Shown here piece by piece: positions 9,038 through 18,775 of a DNA stretch of 64,000 bases (positions within the stretch are counted from its first letter, which is position 1; every line of letters begins with the position of its first letter). The position numbers and the translations under genes were made by a program. Below the pieces are notes generated by a model. It was not told the DNA's origin. It worked only from the letters and a program-made list of their open reading frames with translations, and did not search any database. The stretch covers positions 241,783 through 305,782 of IMG/VR virus record IMGVR_UViG_3300033498_000048; one strand, given 5' to 3'. This stretch comes from a virus. Lineage: Duplodnaviria > Caudoviricetes.

Positions 9038-10237
9038 TTAACTATTTAACTTTTGAAAAAATTGCAACAAATCTTCTTGTAATACTGAACATGGAATAGG
9101 ATATTCAATATTATCAAGAAAATTGAGTTTAATATCTTGATTACAATCTGGTATAACTAAATCGAATAGTTTTCCAGCCAATACATAATCGAAATATTTA
9201 AATTCCAATGTATAATCAATCCTACCTTTACGCAATAGGGCATCATCTAACTTAGTGTGGAAGTTGCTAGTCATTATAACTATAACATCTTCTTTACTAT
9301 ACAATCCGTCCAACACATTCAATAGTGTAGATAAACTAACTGAATTGGTTAGACCAGCATTAGTTGAATTAATGTCCCGTTTTAATACACTATCACACAC
9401 GGCATCAATGTCTTCTAACAAAACAATTGAATCAGATGGAATATCAATAAACGCTGTAATAATTGACGAGTCAGTTAATGTTTTCAAATTGATTGAATAA
9501 ATTGATTTTTTATATAATGATGCTAATGCTAACACTAAACTCGTTTTACCAGTTCCAGGTGGACCAGTAAACAAATATCCCCTTTTATATAAAATTCCTC
9601 TATCTAAGTACCATTGTTTATTAATGTAGAAGTGTTCTATATCATCAAGCAACGATTGCTTATCATTATCTGGTAATACAATTGATTTAATATTGCGATA
9701 GTTCCTAGATGCAATTATTCGCCATTCAGTAACATATGTGTGTATTGAAACTTGATTTCGACTTTTAGTTAAAACAGCAGCAACGAAATCATCAACTATA
9801 TTTGGATCCCTACGAAATAGAAAATACATTGTTATATCTTCAGGAGCTTTAAACATTCCAGTAGTTCGATTCGCCAATACTTTATAAAACAAAACTGGAC
9901 GGTGTTTATACCAAAACCAATGTAACCCAGTTGAAAATGTAATATTACCAACATTTCCATGATAACCTGAAACATAATAATCATACAATTGAAGCCTTCT
10001 TGTATTAGATAGTAATCTATTTTTTTCAATCCACAAACAAATATCATCAAACATATCGGTATTATTCCTAACCAACACTTCAACAGATAAAAAGTAAATT
10101 ACCATTCGTTTTATTTGTGTTGGAATACCTTTTAACACATAAATCGCATATCCACATAGTGTAGCAACAACAGCACCAGAACTAAACATATTTGTTTGTA
10201 CTTGATAGACTATCCATTCATAAACTTGTATCACCAT
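9038..10237 (-). CDS. BCS1-like AAA+ ATPase with N-terminal TM anchor
   Basis: Hydrophobic N-term; WYLDRGILYKRGYLFTGPPGTGKTS (Walker A), IVLLEDID (Walker B), LSTLLNVLDG, LDDALLRKGRID. Confidence 0.9.
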   Translation of the reverse strand: MVIQVYEWIVYQVQTNMFSSGAVVATLCGYAIYVLKGIPTQIKRMVIYFLSVEVLVRNNTDMFDDICLWIEKNRLLSNTRRLQLYDYYVSGYHGNVGNITFSTGLHWFWYKHRPVLFYKVLANRTTGMFKAPEDITMYFLFRRDPNIVDDFVAAVLTKSRNQVSIHTYVTEWRIIASRNYRNIKSIVLPDNDKQSLLDDIEHFYINKQWYLDRGILYKRGYLFTGPPGTGKTSLVLALASLYKKSIYSINLKTLTDSSIITAFIDIPSDSIVLLEDIDAVCDSVLKRDINSTNAGLTNSVSLSTLLNVLDGLYSKEDVIVIMTSNFHTKLDDALLRKGRIDYTLEFKYFDYVLAGKLFDLVIPDCNQDIKLNFLDNIEYPIPCSVLQEDLLQFFQKLNS

Positions 10238-10791
10238 TAGTAATTCCGTTTCTTTATTTTAATAATATCAATATCATTACCACACGATACGATGTGATTT
10301 CCAGCTGCTAATATTGCCATTTTTAATTTATCATTTGTATTCAATTGTGTTTCAATATTTGTTAATACAAATAAAGCTCCTTCGGCAGTGATACCTCCAC
10401 TACCAATTGCAGTGTAGGGTGAATTTAGTTCACATACTGACCAATCATCTTGGATTTCAAATATCTTTGACCGATAACAAATTATATAGTTACCACAACG
10501 CCCTTTACTATCGTTTTCAGTATATTTGTGTAATTCCAAACACCTGCGAATTTCTGGAATTAAATCTTGTATCATATAATCAATTGGGTTGCCTCTTGTG
10601 TCTTTTGGTAGTTCTAAATGGTGGCTAATAATTTGTGTTGCTCTTAATGAACCCATAGAGCCTATTAACATTTTTCCTATTTTAAATACCTTTGAATGAA
10701 CTAAAGTTGACCCAACATGACCATTTGATATTAGTCGGTCTCCACCTAAATATAAGTGTGTTTTGTCCATTAATGCTGCTATACACGTCAT
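10237..10791 (-). CDS. HslV/proteasome-beta-like Ntn-hydrolase peptidase
   Basis: MTCIAA (Thr nucleophile after Met removal), LGGDR, SKVF, TAIGSGG. Confidence 0.8.
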   Translation of the reverse strand: MTCIAALMDKTHLYLGGDRLISNGHVGSTLVHSKVFKIGKMLIGSMGSLRATQIISHHLELPKDTRGNPIDYMIQDLIPEIRRCLELHKYTENDSKGRCGNYIICYRSKIFEIQDDWSVCELNSPYTAIGSGGITAEGALFVLTNIETQLNTNDKLKMAILAAGNHIVSCGNDIDIIKIKKRNY

Positions 10792-10820
10792 ATAATCTCC
10801 TTATAATTGTTTTAAAATAA

Positions 10821-10875
10821 TAGCACTTGGAACAGTCTTATAATTAACTAACTGTTCCAAGTGCTAACCTGTTGA
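10821..10875. repeat. Palindromic repeat family, single unit (locus 1)
   Basis: Perfect 16-bp IR tagcacttggaacagt (10821-10836) / actgttccaagtgcta (10851-10866), then acctgttga. Confidence 0.9.
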
Positions 10876-10878
10876 TAT

Positions 10879-12012
10879 TTACTTAATTAGTCCACGAATT
10901 AAAGATTCAAACTTACGAATTTCTAGCTTTCTCAAATAAGCTGGAATATCTGTAATAGCACCCTTTTGATATGCAAAAACTATTCCAGATAAGTTTTGAT
11001 TATCTTTCATTTTTAAGCCAAGTTCTTTTCCAGTTAATGTTTTAGTGTATTCAATAAGCGTGTCTAGTTTCTGTTGTAATCGCTTGTACGCTGTTTTTAT
11101 GGTTGAGTGTAGCACTGTATGCTCTTTGTACTTATCGAGCGATAGGAACGATTTGTGTGAGTTTGTACGCACTATTTCACACATTCTACGGAAATTGTCT
11201 TTATCTATTTGTGATTTTCGTTTGATGTATTCCTCATTTGATATGAATTTAGAAGTCCGCAACAGATTAATATTGTCGTATTGTGGACTCTTTATTTTCA
11301 ACCGATTAAAATTAGAATCACACGCAACATAACCTTCCATCTTAATTGGGTCAACCTCATTTAATTCCAATAAAATATCATTCAAGGTTGATTTTTTACC
11401 AGTTGCACATTCCCATGAAATACACAATTCACGTTTAGCACGTTCAATTGACACCTCTTTAAAAGTTTTAAGATTGCGAACACCAATAAGGGTAATGTTA
11501 GGTTCTGATACTTTAACCAAAAAGTCTTCTGATGGACGTTCCATTTCAAACATATAACAATGGTCTGTAAACTTTGGTAATTCGTATTTTTTCAACTTCC
11601 AAACTTTCCAGAAATAATCATTCATTGTAATATCTAAACCCTTAATTTGTCCAGACGCATCAGGCATACCTTTAGATGCTACATTCCATTTTCCATCATA
11701 CCAATACAATGTCATCAATGAACCATCTAACTTTTTCCAATATGTACAATCATCAAAATCGAAAGTTTGTTTTCCCATTGGATTATAATCACTAAACCTA
11801 GTAAACGGAAATGATACAACCTTCATTGTATTAGTATCAATTATTAATCCCCTACAATTATTAGTTATGTCATTCTTTGGTGTTTCCAATTGGTCATACA
11901 TCAATTGTACTAAATTTGGATATAATATATGTCTACGCATTTTTAATGAATATGTAGCAACTAATGTTTCCAATGAATTTTTAATAATGTAATCAATAAC
12001 GTTTAACATCAT
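10879..12012 (-). CDS. rnlA: RNA ligase, T4 Rnl1 family
   Basis: CRGLIID, FPFTRF, KKLDGSL (motif I KxDG), MFEM, EGYV, LKIKS. Confidence 0.85.
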   Translation of the reverse strand: MMLNVIDYIIKNSLETLVATYSLKMRRHILYPNLVQLMYDQLETPKNDITNNCRGLIIDTNTMKVVSFPFTRFSDYNPMGKQTFDFDDCTYWKKLDGSLMTLYWYDGKWNVASKGMPDASGQIKGLDITMNDYFWKVWKLKKYELPKFTDHCYMFEMERPSEDFLVKVSEPNITLIGVRNLKTFKEVSIERAKRELCISWECATGKKSTLNDILLELNEVDPIKMEGYVACDSNFNRLKIKSPQYDNINLLRTSKFISNEEYIKRKSQIDKDNFRRMCEIVRTNSHKSFLSLDKYKEHTVLHSTIKTAYKRLQQKLDTLIEYTKTLTGKELGLKMKDNQNLSGIVFAYQKGAITDIPAYLRKLEIRKFESLIRGLIK

Positions 12013-12184
12013 AACCTCGTTTAGTTTGTTTAGGAAGGAACAGCACCTAAGCTATTACAGTCTTTGTAAAATATCTCAATGCGTTTTTTATTTGCATAAT
12101 CATCTGCAACGTATAATAACAATACTACACACAAATTAGTTCTACCAACTCTTGTTTTCTATATACCACATAACACCTCTTTAA

Positions 12185-12409
12185 TTAAAGTCTTCTAAAG
12201 TTGGAACATTTAACTGCGTGTGTTCCATCCAAGTAATGCTTTAGAACTGGCTTCATTTTTTTAAATTCTAAATGACTACAATTCACAATACTATCAATAC
12301 AATTACAACACATTTCACCATCTGGAAAATACTCAGGTAGTGTTCTATCAATGTAATTACCATCTCCAATTGTTTGATTACCCTCAAACACAAATTTAAG
12401 TTTTCTCAT
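12185..12409 (-). CDS. Hypothetical Cys-rich protein
   Basis: 74 aa directly downstream of consensus early promoter. Confidence 0.55.
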   Translation of the reverse strand: MRKLKFVFEGNQTIGDGNYIDRTLPEYFPDGEMCCNCIDSIVNCSHLEFKKMKPVLKHYLDGTHAVKCSNFRRL

Positions 12410-12438
12410 AATGTAATTCCACGAATATCAATTTAGTA

Positions 12439-12467
12439 ATTATAAATGTACACACTAACAATGTCAA
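12439..12467 (-). promoter_or_regulatory. Consensus sigma70-type early promoter
   Basis: TTGACA-N17-TATAAT on minus strand; -35 box abuts the first repeat arm at 12468. Confidence 0.8.
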
Positions 12468-13046
12468 TCAATAAGTTAGCATTAAGTAATTAATAATAGC
12501 GTCCAAGTGCTATCTTATTGATATTATTAGTGTATGACTACTCCAACTAAATCAACGACTTAGCACTTGCATAGAGTATTAGTTATATAACCGTTCTAAA
12601 TGCTAACCTATTGATTTTGTTACATATCACCTAAAATATTAAGAATCAACAAGTTAGCACTTGTAGCCATTAGGTAATTAATAACACCATCCAAGTGCTA
12701 AGTCATTGATTTTGTATAATTGACAAGAATGTATGGATTTAACCGTAAATCAACAAGATAGCACTTGCAGCTTGGTATTAATTATATAACTGTTGCAAGT
12801 GCTAACTTATTGATTTTGTTATTGGCTATTAAAACAATTAAGAATCAAGTGGTTAGCACCTATTGGTATCAAGTGGTTACTATTGTCAATAAATTGAGTA
12901 AAATGACCTAGTAATTACAGTTACACTACAAACAATAGGTTAGCACTTGCAGTGTGTTATTAATTACTTAATGGCTACAAGTGCTAACTTATTGTTTTAT
13001 ATACAACACATAAACACACCTAAATCAATGACTTAGCACTTGGACG
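12468..13046. repeat. Palindromic repeat array (locus 2): five two-armed units plus two half-sites
   Basis: Units at 12468-12521, 12552-12614, 12646-12709, 12750-12813, 12932-12995; halves at 12845 and 13025; period about 85-105 bp. Confidence 0.95.
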
Positions 13047-13069
13047 GATTAGCTGAAATTGGTAAACAA

Positions 13070-13077
13070 CATAAATA
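13070..13077 (+). promoter_or_regulatory. Late promoter variant CATAAATA
   Basis: 30 bp upstream of ATG 13108. Confidence 0.5.
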
Positions 13078-13107
13078 CCATTTTAGTTAAATTAGGGGAT
13101 ACAGATT

Positions 13108-13687
13108 ATGTTACTAAGTTTTAATGAATATTTGTTATCTGAGGCATACATTAACCTGATAGGTGATGACGCTAAAAAACAAAACTACGTTGATGCTGTT
13201 TGGAATATGTTACAAATATCTTATGAGAGGATTGGTGGAATACATGATTATGGGTTTAAAGATAAACAGAATATGATTACCAATATAAATTTTTGGAAAT
13301 AGCTACTAAAGATGGTAAACCTGTAGCAGTTGCAATGTATAAAGATTCTGGAGGCAGAAAAAATTAGTTGCGTATGGAACTGATAAGTCCACAGTAGGAA
13401 AAGCAAAGATAGTTGATATTATTAAGGCAGATATGACCAGAAGTTATATGGAACTATCTGGTGCAACTGTGACAATATTAATGAATAACATTGAGTGGAA
13501 TCAATTGAAAGATTATACATTCACTCCAGAGCAAGCTGAAAAATTGCTAGGAAAGGATATTACACCAATAAGTCAACTACCATCAATTCCATAAGATGCG
13601 AAATTAACGTTGGCATTGTTTGAATATGGGTACATAAGAAAGATTGGTAGTGATTTACATTTTAAAGTTATGTTTGGTAAAATCTAG
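13108..13687 (+). pseudogene. Interrupted putative internal virion protein
   Basis: MLLSFNEYLLSE leader; adding one A at about 13299 and one in the A-run 13358-13363 gives a continuous reading (...FWK-IATKDGKPVAVAMYKDSGGRK-KLVAYGTD...YIRKIG...KVMFGKI) with one in-frame TAA at 13592. Confidence 0.65.
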
Positions 13688-14208
13688 CATCTGTCCGATG
13701 GTATATTCCAGTGTTTCATAAAAGTCTTTAATGATATTTAATACGGGTGAAATGTTACTAAACCTATGGTTTCCACCATTAAATACAATTGTTCTAAATG
13801 AATTGCTATATCTGTTGTTTGTAGTAATTGAATTAATTAACTCATCACCTAGGTTTAGTAATAAAAGACCAATTCCAGTTGATTTAAATTGGTCTTTATA
13901 AAATTGTATCTGGTATGCACAATTCAAACAAAGTAATATTAGGTTCAATTGCTGGATTTAACATAACAAATGGAATATCTAAAATATTACCTAATCTGTT
14001 TGCATAGAATCCCACCCATTGAAGTTCCGACCAACAAGTCGGGCTTCATGTCTATTATTGCAGATTCAAGCATTGTTGTAATGTGTTCTATGGAATTAGA
14101 ATAATCTATTGTAACTCCACAAACATCTCCAATAGCCATTAAAGACTTCACTTTATCGCTACTTTGGTCATAAAACGAACCATAGCCATGAATGTACATT
14201 ATTTTCAC
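13655..14208 (-). pseudogene. Frameshifted YqiA/UPF0227-type alpha/beta hydrolase (esterase)
   Basis: MYIHGYGS...VGTSMGG; removing one G at 14011-14013 gives GGFYANRLG...LNPAIEP; a second shift (13898-13945) leads to LLLLNLGDEL...GGNHRF in track ORF 13655-13948. Confidence 0.8.
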
Positions 14209-14260
14209 TTAAAACTCGATGTTAGTTGACATTTTAACTACCTTTATAATTTAAGTCAAA

Positions 14261-14452
14261 CTAAAAGTTTTTGTCTTGAACTTTAATGTTACCACTTTTT
14301 AATATCTGTAAAGCCTTTGTAGCATCACTAGATGTTTTGAAATGGAACTTTAAATTATCACGTTCAAATTCAATATTATTTTTATATTTCAATTCCCGTT
14401 CGGCATCAATAATGTTCCCTGGATTAGACAAATACAACCAATATTCATACAT
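14261..14452 (-). CDS. Hypothetical protein
   Basis: 63 aa, AAAGGAG RBS. Confidence 0.5.
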   Translation of the reverse strand: MYEYWLYLSNPGNIIDAERELKYKNNIEFERDNLKFHFKTSSDATKALQILKSGNIKVQDKNF

Positions 14453-14613
14453 TCATATTACTCCTTTAATTACTACGATTAATTTATCTGTGTATTTTGT
14501 TATTTCATTTTGTATTAAATATTCCCGCTGTTCGATGTTGGTACATCTTTCACAAATACTTAACACTTTACGAGTTAATTCATTTTTTAATGATTGCAAA
14601 TATTCAGTATCAT

Positions 14614-14988
14614 TCATAACCTTTTACCTTTTAATGCTATATACCTTTCCATGGACTGTTCCATATTCCTAATATGATTGAAGTAATTTAATCTATCCAA
14701 CCAAGATAGGCTATGTGAACTACATAGGAATAGCTCATGGGTGTGTGGGTTATTTCCGCGATATAACACACCAGAAGCTTCTCTAATATAAACTAATTCC
14801 ATATTAACCGAATTAATATCAAACCGAATACAGGGTGAGAACTCACCATTACAAACTCGAATCAAATACAATATGCTTAATATTATATTAGTGTTTTCAT
14901 CTGAACCAAATAATATTATGTTTCTATCCATATATTCAGATATGACTATTTGCATTACAACACACCATCCAAGAAAACAAATTTCCAA
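14614..14988 (-). CDS. Hypothetical protein
   Basis: Probable start MQIVISE. Confidence 0.5.
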   Translation of the reverse strand: MEICFLGWCVVMQIVISEYMDRNIILFGSDENTNIILSILYLIRVCNGEFSPCIRFDINSVNMELVYIREASGVLYRGNNPHTHELFLCSSHSLSWLDRLNYFNHIRNMEQSMERYIALKGKRL

Positions 14989-15413
14989 TTATATTTCTCT
15001 TTCTGATGCTTAATCATACTATCAACAATTGTATGGCTAAACTTTACACTTCCAGTGTCAATGCCAGTTGTTAAAATTACTAGGATTACATTGTTTGGAC
15101 GTGCTTGTTCTTGCATAGATGCGAACTTTAATCCAAGCATACTAATTGTTTTACCTATAGCATCATATAAAGCTGAAACACCACTTGGGTTATACATCAT
15201 ATCATTCAATATCAGTATTGGTGAATCCAATCTAAATACGACCTTTGAATTGAATGTCGCTAGAATATTTGGATGGTTGTTTTTAATGTATGCGTTATAT
15301 GTGTCAATTACATTTTGTTTTATTCCAATCATATTATCAGACTCGTCTAATATGAATGTAGTGTATGTAGAATCTTTCATGTTTGTGTTCCTTAATAGTG
15401 AAGTCGAAGTCAA
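14955..15413 (-). CDS. von Willebrand factor A-like domain protein (degenerate/short)
   Basis: FILDESDNM, SALYDAIGKTI, VILTTG, WKFVFL resemble the phage vWA family; MIDAS motif imperfect. Confidence 0.6.
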   Translation of the reverse strand: MTSTSLLRNTNMKDSTYTTFILDESDNMIGIKQNVIDTYNAYIKNNHPNILATFNSKVVFRLDSPILILNDMMYNPSGVSALYDAIGKTISMLGLKFASMQEQARPNNVILVILTTGIDTGSVKFSHTIVDSMIKHQKEKYNWKFVFLDGVL

Positions 15414-15421
15414 TATAAATA
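15414..15421 (+). promoter_or_regulatory. T4 late promoter TATAAATA
   Basis: Exact match 23 bp upstream of 15445. Confidence 0.7.
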
Positions 15422-15444
15422 ATTACATTTATAGGTATTAACTT

Positions 15445-15828
15445 ATGATGTTATTTGAACAATTTTTATATGAGAATGTTGGAAGTGTCAATCTGGCAAC
15501 TGACCTTTTTTATATGGCTAGAAACTCTGCTACCATTGCACACAAGCAACACTTAAATTCCAAATCTAGGTCAGAACACGAAGCACTCCAAGAATATTAT
15601 GATGGAATAATCACATTAACTGATAGGCTTATGGAATGTTTCATTCAAAGATTTGGTAGAATGTGCGACTCTCCAGAAACGATTGACTTTTTGTCTGTTG
15701 AGGGGTTTGCTAAATGGTTGGAAACATATCGCTACGATATTACGGATGTTCCACATATCCAAACTATTATAGATGAAATGCTCATTTTATGTGATTCGGT
15801 ATTATATAAGCTTAGATACCTAAATTGA
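15445..15828 (+). CDS. Ferritin/Dps-like four-helix protein (DUF5856-like) with capsid-targeting-like leader
   Basis: HKQHLNSKSRSEHEALQEYYDGIITLTDRLME...G; C-term LYKLRYL; MLFEQFLYE leader. Confidence 0.7.
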   Translation: MMLFEQFLYENVGSVNLATDLFYMARNSATIAHKQHLNSKSRSEHEALQEYYDGIITLTDRLMECFIQRFGRMCDSPETIDFLSVEGFAKWLETYRYDITDVPHIQTIIDEMLILCDSVLYKLRYLN

Positions 15829-16198
15829 GCCTATAAGCTAATTCATTATGCAATACCTTTTCAGTGTGCTGATTCAATGTTTGGGTTTCTAAAATCGCAT
15901 TGATGTGTGATTCTTCTAAGTCCTTTAATATTACATATTTAAGGGGTGAGTTTCCAGTTTTACCATACGTTCCCCATACGAAATATTCACGGATTTTATC
16001 GTGTGAGTCTGAATTAAATATATCAACGATTTTTGGCTTTTCATTGTTTACTGAACTTCTAATATAATCATTGCCACCGTCAATATAATACGACTCGCCA
16101 TTTTTATCTACATGGGATGCCACATCATGGCGATGGTGACTAATTAATCTAGTTCCATCTGGAGTAATCATTACAGTTAATAGTTTGTGTTTTTTCAT
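15812..16198 (-). CDS. Conserved phage hypothetical protein (paralog 1)
   Basis: ITPDGTRLISHHRHD...YYIDGGNDYIRSS...WGTYGKTG. Confidence 0.7.
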   Translation of the reverse strand: MKKHKLLTVMITPDGTRLISHHRHDVASHVDKNGESYYIDGGNDYIRSSVNNEKPKIVDIFNSDSHDKIREYFVWGTYGKTGNSPLKYVILKDLEESHINAILETQTLNQHTEKVLHNELAYRLNLGI

Positions 16199-16251
16199 AT
16201 TCTTAATCCACTCGTATTTTTATAAATTATTGTATATGCTTAGATACCTAC

Positions 16252-16569
16252 TCAAGTTAGGTTTTTCTTTCTATATTGCAATTCATCAACGAATACCTTT
16301 TTAATATGTTGTGGTAATGTTGTTTGTTTTTTTAAAACATCAATGATGTTTGATTCTTCCATATTCATTAATTGAGTGTATTTAGTTGGTACGATTCCAT
16401 ATCTTCCAATTTCACCACAAGAACACCACTTAAACCACTCTCGAATTTTACCGTGCGAGTTGGTATCAAAAACATCAATTAATGTAGCTGGAAAATCATT
16501 ATCGTCAATGTGCCTAACCATTTCATGTCGATGTTGACTAATTAACCTAGTACCATCTGGAGTAATCAT
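16252..16569 (-). CDS. Paralog 2 of 15812-16198 with internal deletion
   Basis: ITPDGTRLISQHRHE...SHGKIREWFKW...LMNMEESNI aligns with neighbour. Confidence 0.6.
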   Translation of the reverse strand: MITPDGTRLISQHRHEMVRHIDDNDFPATLIDVFDTNSHGKIREWFKWCSCGEIGRYGIVPTKYTQLMNMEESNIIDVLKKQTTLPQHIKKVFVDELQYRKKNLT

Positions 16570-16643
16570 TGTAAAAACCTTGTTCCCTTTAAGTAAGTGA
16601 TTTGTATATATTACAACATTTACAATGTTGTTGTCAATAGATG

Positions 16644-16651
16644 TATAAATA
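16644..16651 (+). promoter_or_regulatory. T4 late promoter TATAAATA
   Basis: Exact match upstream of RyR-domain gene and gp16. Confidence 0.7.
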
Positions 16652-16679
16652 CTATTTTAAAACAAGGTATGGAACTGCG

Positions 16680-17057
16680 ATGACAACAAAACAAAAACCT
16701 AAATTGACAATAGAAGAAGTTGCTAAATTAGCACGGAATATTAATCGTATGTATAGTGCTTCAATCAATGATGAAGTGCCAGAAATATGGGAACGTAGCA
16801 CTGAGGCTGAAAAGGAAAGTATGATTCGGGGTGTAAAGTTTCATTTAGCCAATGATTTTACTCCAGAAGAATCACACATGATATGGGTTAAACAAAAAAT
16901 TACAGATGGATGGTGTTATGATATGAATTATGATGCTGTATTAAAATTGAGTCCACATTTAATTCCATACAACCAATTACCAATTGAGCAAAGAGTTAAA
17001 GACCACATATTCAGAGGATTAGTAATTGGATTAAAACAATTTATTGACCTCGATTGA
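16680..17057 (+). CDS. RyR-domain protein
   Basis: SHMIWVKQKITDGWCY...LKLSPHLIPYNQLPIEQRVKD; start placed after the late promoter (track start 16641 overlaps it). Confidence 0.8.
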   Translation: MTTKQKPKLTIEEVAKLARNINRMYSASINDEVPEIWERSTEAEKESMIRGVKFHLANDFTPEESHMIWVKQKITDGWCYDMNYDAVLKLSPHLIPYNQLPIEQRVKDHIFRGLVIGLKQFIDLD

Positions 17058-17070
17058 ATGGTAAAATATA

Positions 17071-17571
17071 ATGCTTGACACAATATCAGAAACTATAGGA
17101 ACTGCGAGTGGAATAACACAAGAAGATATTGAAAAACATAGTAAAGATATGTCTGTATTCCACAAGGAAGTAACATCACAATTAAGACAGGAACAATATG
17201 AAGAAGATTATGATTATGTTCGTGATAATTTAAAGACTGCAATTGGATATGGAATGGATATGATTCCAGCAATAATTAGTTTAGCTAAAGATTCGGAGAA
17301 TGCTAGATGTTATGAAGTTGCTGCTGGATTGTTAAAATCTTTATCTGAAATCAATAAGGACTTATTAGCAGTATCTAAAGTTAATGCTCCAGCTAAACAA
17401 ACAGCTATAGGGTCTGAATTGGTAGGAATAGATAATTCCACAACACACAACCAAACTAACGTATTCGTGGGTACATCTGAGGACGTATTCGCAAAGATAT
17501 TTCAACAAAGAAATTTTGAAAAGGTGATAGATAATAATGATAATGAGCAATGTCCAACATCAAGTATTTGA
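17071..17571 (+). CDS. gp16: Terminase small subunit, T4-like gp16
   Basis: DYDYVRDNL...A..SENARCYEVAAGLLKSLSEINKDLL...TNVFVGTSEDV. Confidence 0.8.
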   Translation: MLDTISETIGTASGITQEDIEKHSKDMSVFHKEVTSQLRQEQYEEDYDYVRDNLKTAIGYGMDMIPAIISLAKDSENARCYEVAAGLLKSLSEINKDLLAVSKVNAPAKQTAIGSELVGIDNSTTHNQTNVFVGTSEDVFAKIFQQRNFEKVIDNNDNEQCPTSSI

Positions 17572-18427
17572 ACGAATTGAATTTAAGATTTGTATCTTAA
17601 TTGTATTCGCAATATGTTCGATACTTGTTAGTTACAATGTGGTACTAGGTGAAATTGAAGTAATGAATACATTTGCTACTACACAATGGCAAAAAGATTT
17701 CTTTAAAGGTGTATTCACTGCAATCGCTATAGTAACTCCAATAATAATTCCAGCAACAGTAATATTGAAAAAAGCTGGATTAAGTAGGTGGAAGTCAGTT
17801 GGAATTACATTATCAATATTATTAACAATATATGAATTTGTAGCAATAGACCATATTGTACTTAGAGCTGGTATGGATAATAGTAACACAACTAAAGAAA
17901 AATCTTTGACCCAAGCCACACTTAGCTCAAATTTAACACTATTGAAAACTACTGGACAATCAATACAAGTTAATGATAAACACACATCATTAGTATCATT
18001 ACAGGATAATTTAACTAAAGAAAAAACGTCATTGAAATCTTGTGGAAGGTTTAACCAATCTTGTAAGAGAATCCACAAATCAAAAATAGTAGAACTAACG
18101 AGTCAAATAAGTGCTAGGCAAGATGAAAACAAGCATATTGATGAAACTTCAACATTACAATTACAGCTTTTAAATGCTAATAATCAACTATTGGAAATAT
18201 CAAAGAAACAAGATGAAAAAGTCGTAGCTGCCTCTGGATTTAGAATGTTATATCCAAATGACCCAGATAAAGCATTATTTGTCCAACTTATTTTTTCACA
18301 CTTCGTGGCACTATTGATTACAATATTTAATACACTATCACTATTGGTTGTTGGAGGTGTCGCAGCATCATTAGGTGTTTTGAATCACAAAAAGACAGAT
18401 AAAATCATAGTTACAGGTAGAACGTAA
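17537..18427 (+). CDS. Multi-pass membrane protein with central coiled coil
   Basis: Three N-terminal hydrophobic segments, coiled coil, C-terminal TM. Confidence 0.6.
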   Translation: MIMSNVQHQVFERIEFKICILIVFAICSILVSYNVVLGEIEVMNTFATTQWQKDFFKGVFTAIAIVTPIIIPATVILKKAGLSRWKSVGITLSILLTIYEFVAIDHIVLRAGMDNSNTTKEKSLTQATLSSNLTLLKTTGQSIQVNDKHTSLVSLQDNLTKEKTSLKSCGRFNQSCKRIHKSKIVELTSQISARQDENKHIDETSTLQLQLLNANNQLLEISKKQDEKVVAASGFRMLYPNDPDKALFVQLIFSHFVALLITIFNTLSLLVVGGVAASLGVLNHKKTDKIIVTGRT

Positions 18428-18457
18428 CCTAATAAAATGGTACTGGATGATATATCA

Positions 18458-18769
18458 TCAATACCATCCAGTAATTGTTTTAGAGGTGTATAATTTTACA
18501 TCACAACCTTCTGGTAATGACATACCTATAAATTGAGTCTTGTTGAATGTGAATAAGATGTTGTTGAGTGTGTTTCTAATAGTATTGTCCCTATAACACA
18601 AGTAACCTATAGGTTTACCGTTAGATTCTTTGGAATATAAATATCCTTTCCTGATTGTGTATAAGACATTAATCAACTCTTTATCATTACTAGCATACAC
18701 TCTACCATTATAAACATTATAGAATTTATGATTTTTATCCAACATCTTATCAATTCGCATAGTCGCCAC
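18458..18769 (-). CDS. Hypothetical protein
   Basis: 103-aa ORF. Confidence 0.5.
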   Translation of the reverse strand: MATMRIDKMLDKNHKFYNVYNGRVYASNDKELINVLYTIRKGYLYSKESNGKPIGYLCYRDNTIRNTLNNILFTFNKTQFIGMSLPEGCDVKLYTSKTITGWY

Positions 18770-18775
18770 CTAAAA

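Noticed and set aside
12468-13046. CRISPR array interpretation of the palindromic arrays
   Set aside because: The arms alternate in orientation rather than repeating directly, the intervening cores and linkers are homologous to each other rather than unique spacers, and no cas or leader was seen.
13592-13594. Stop-codon recoding suggested by an in-frame TAA
   Set aside because: It is an isolated case in a gene that also has frameshifts; conserved genes are intact in the standard code and end in TAA, TAG or TGA.
14226-14250. TTGACA...TATAAT promoter-like pair
   Set aside because: The spacer is only 13 bp.
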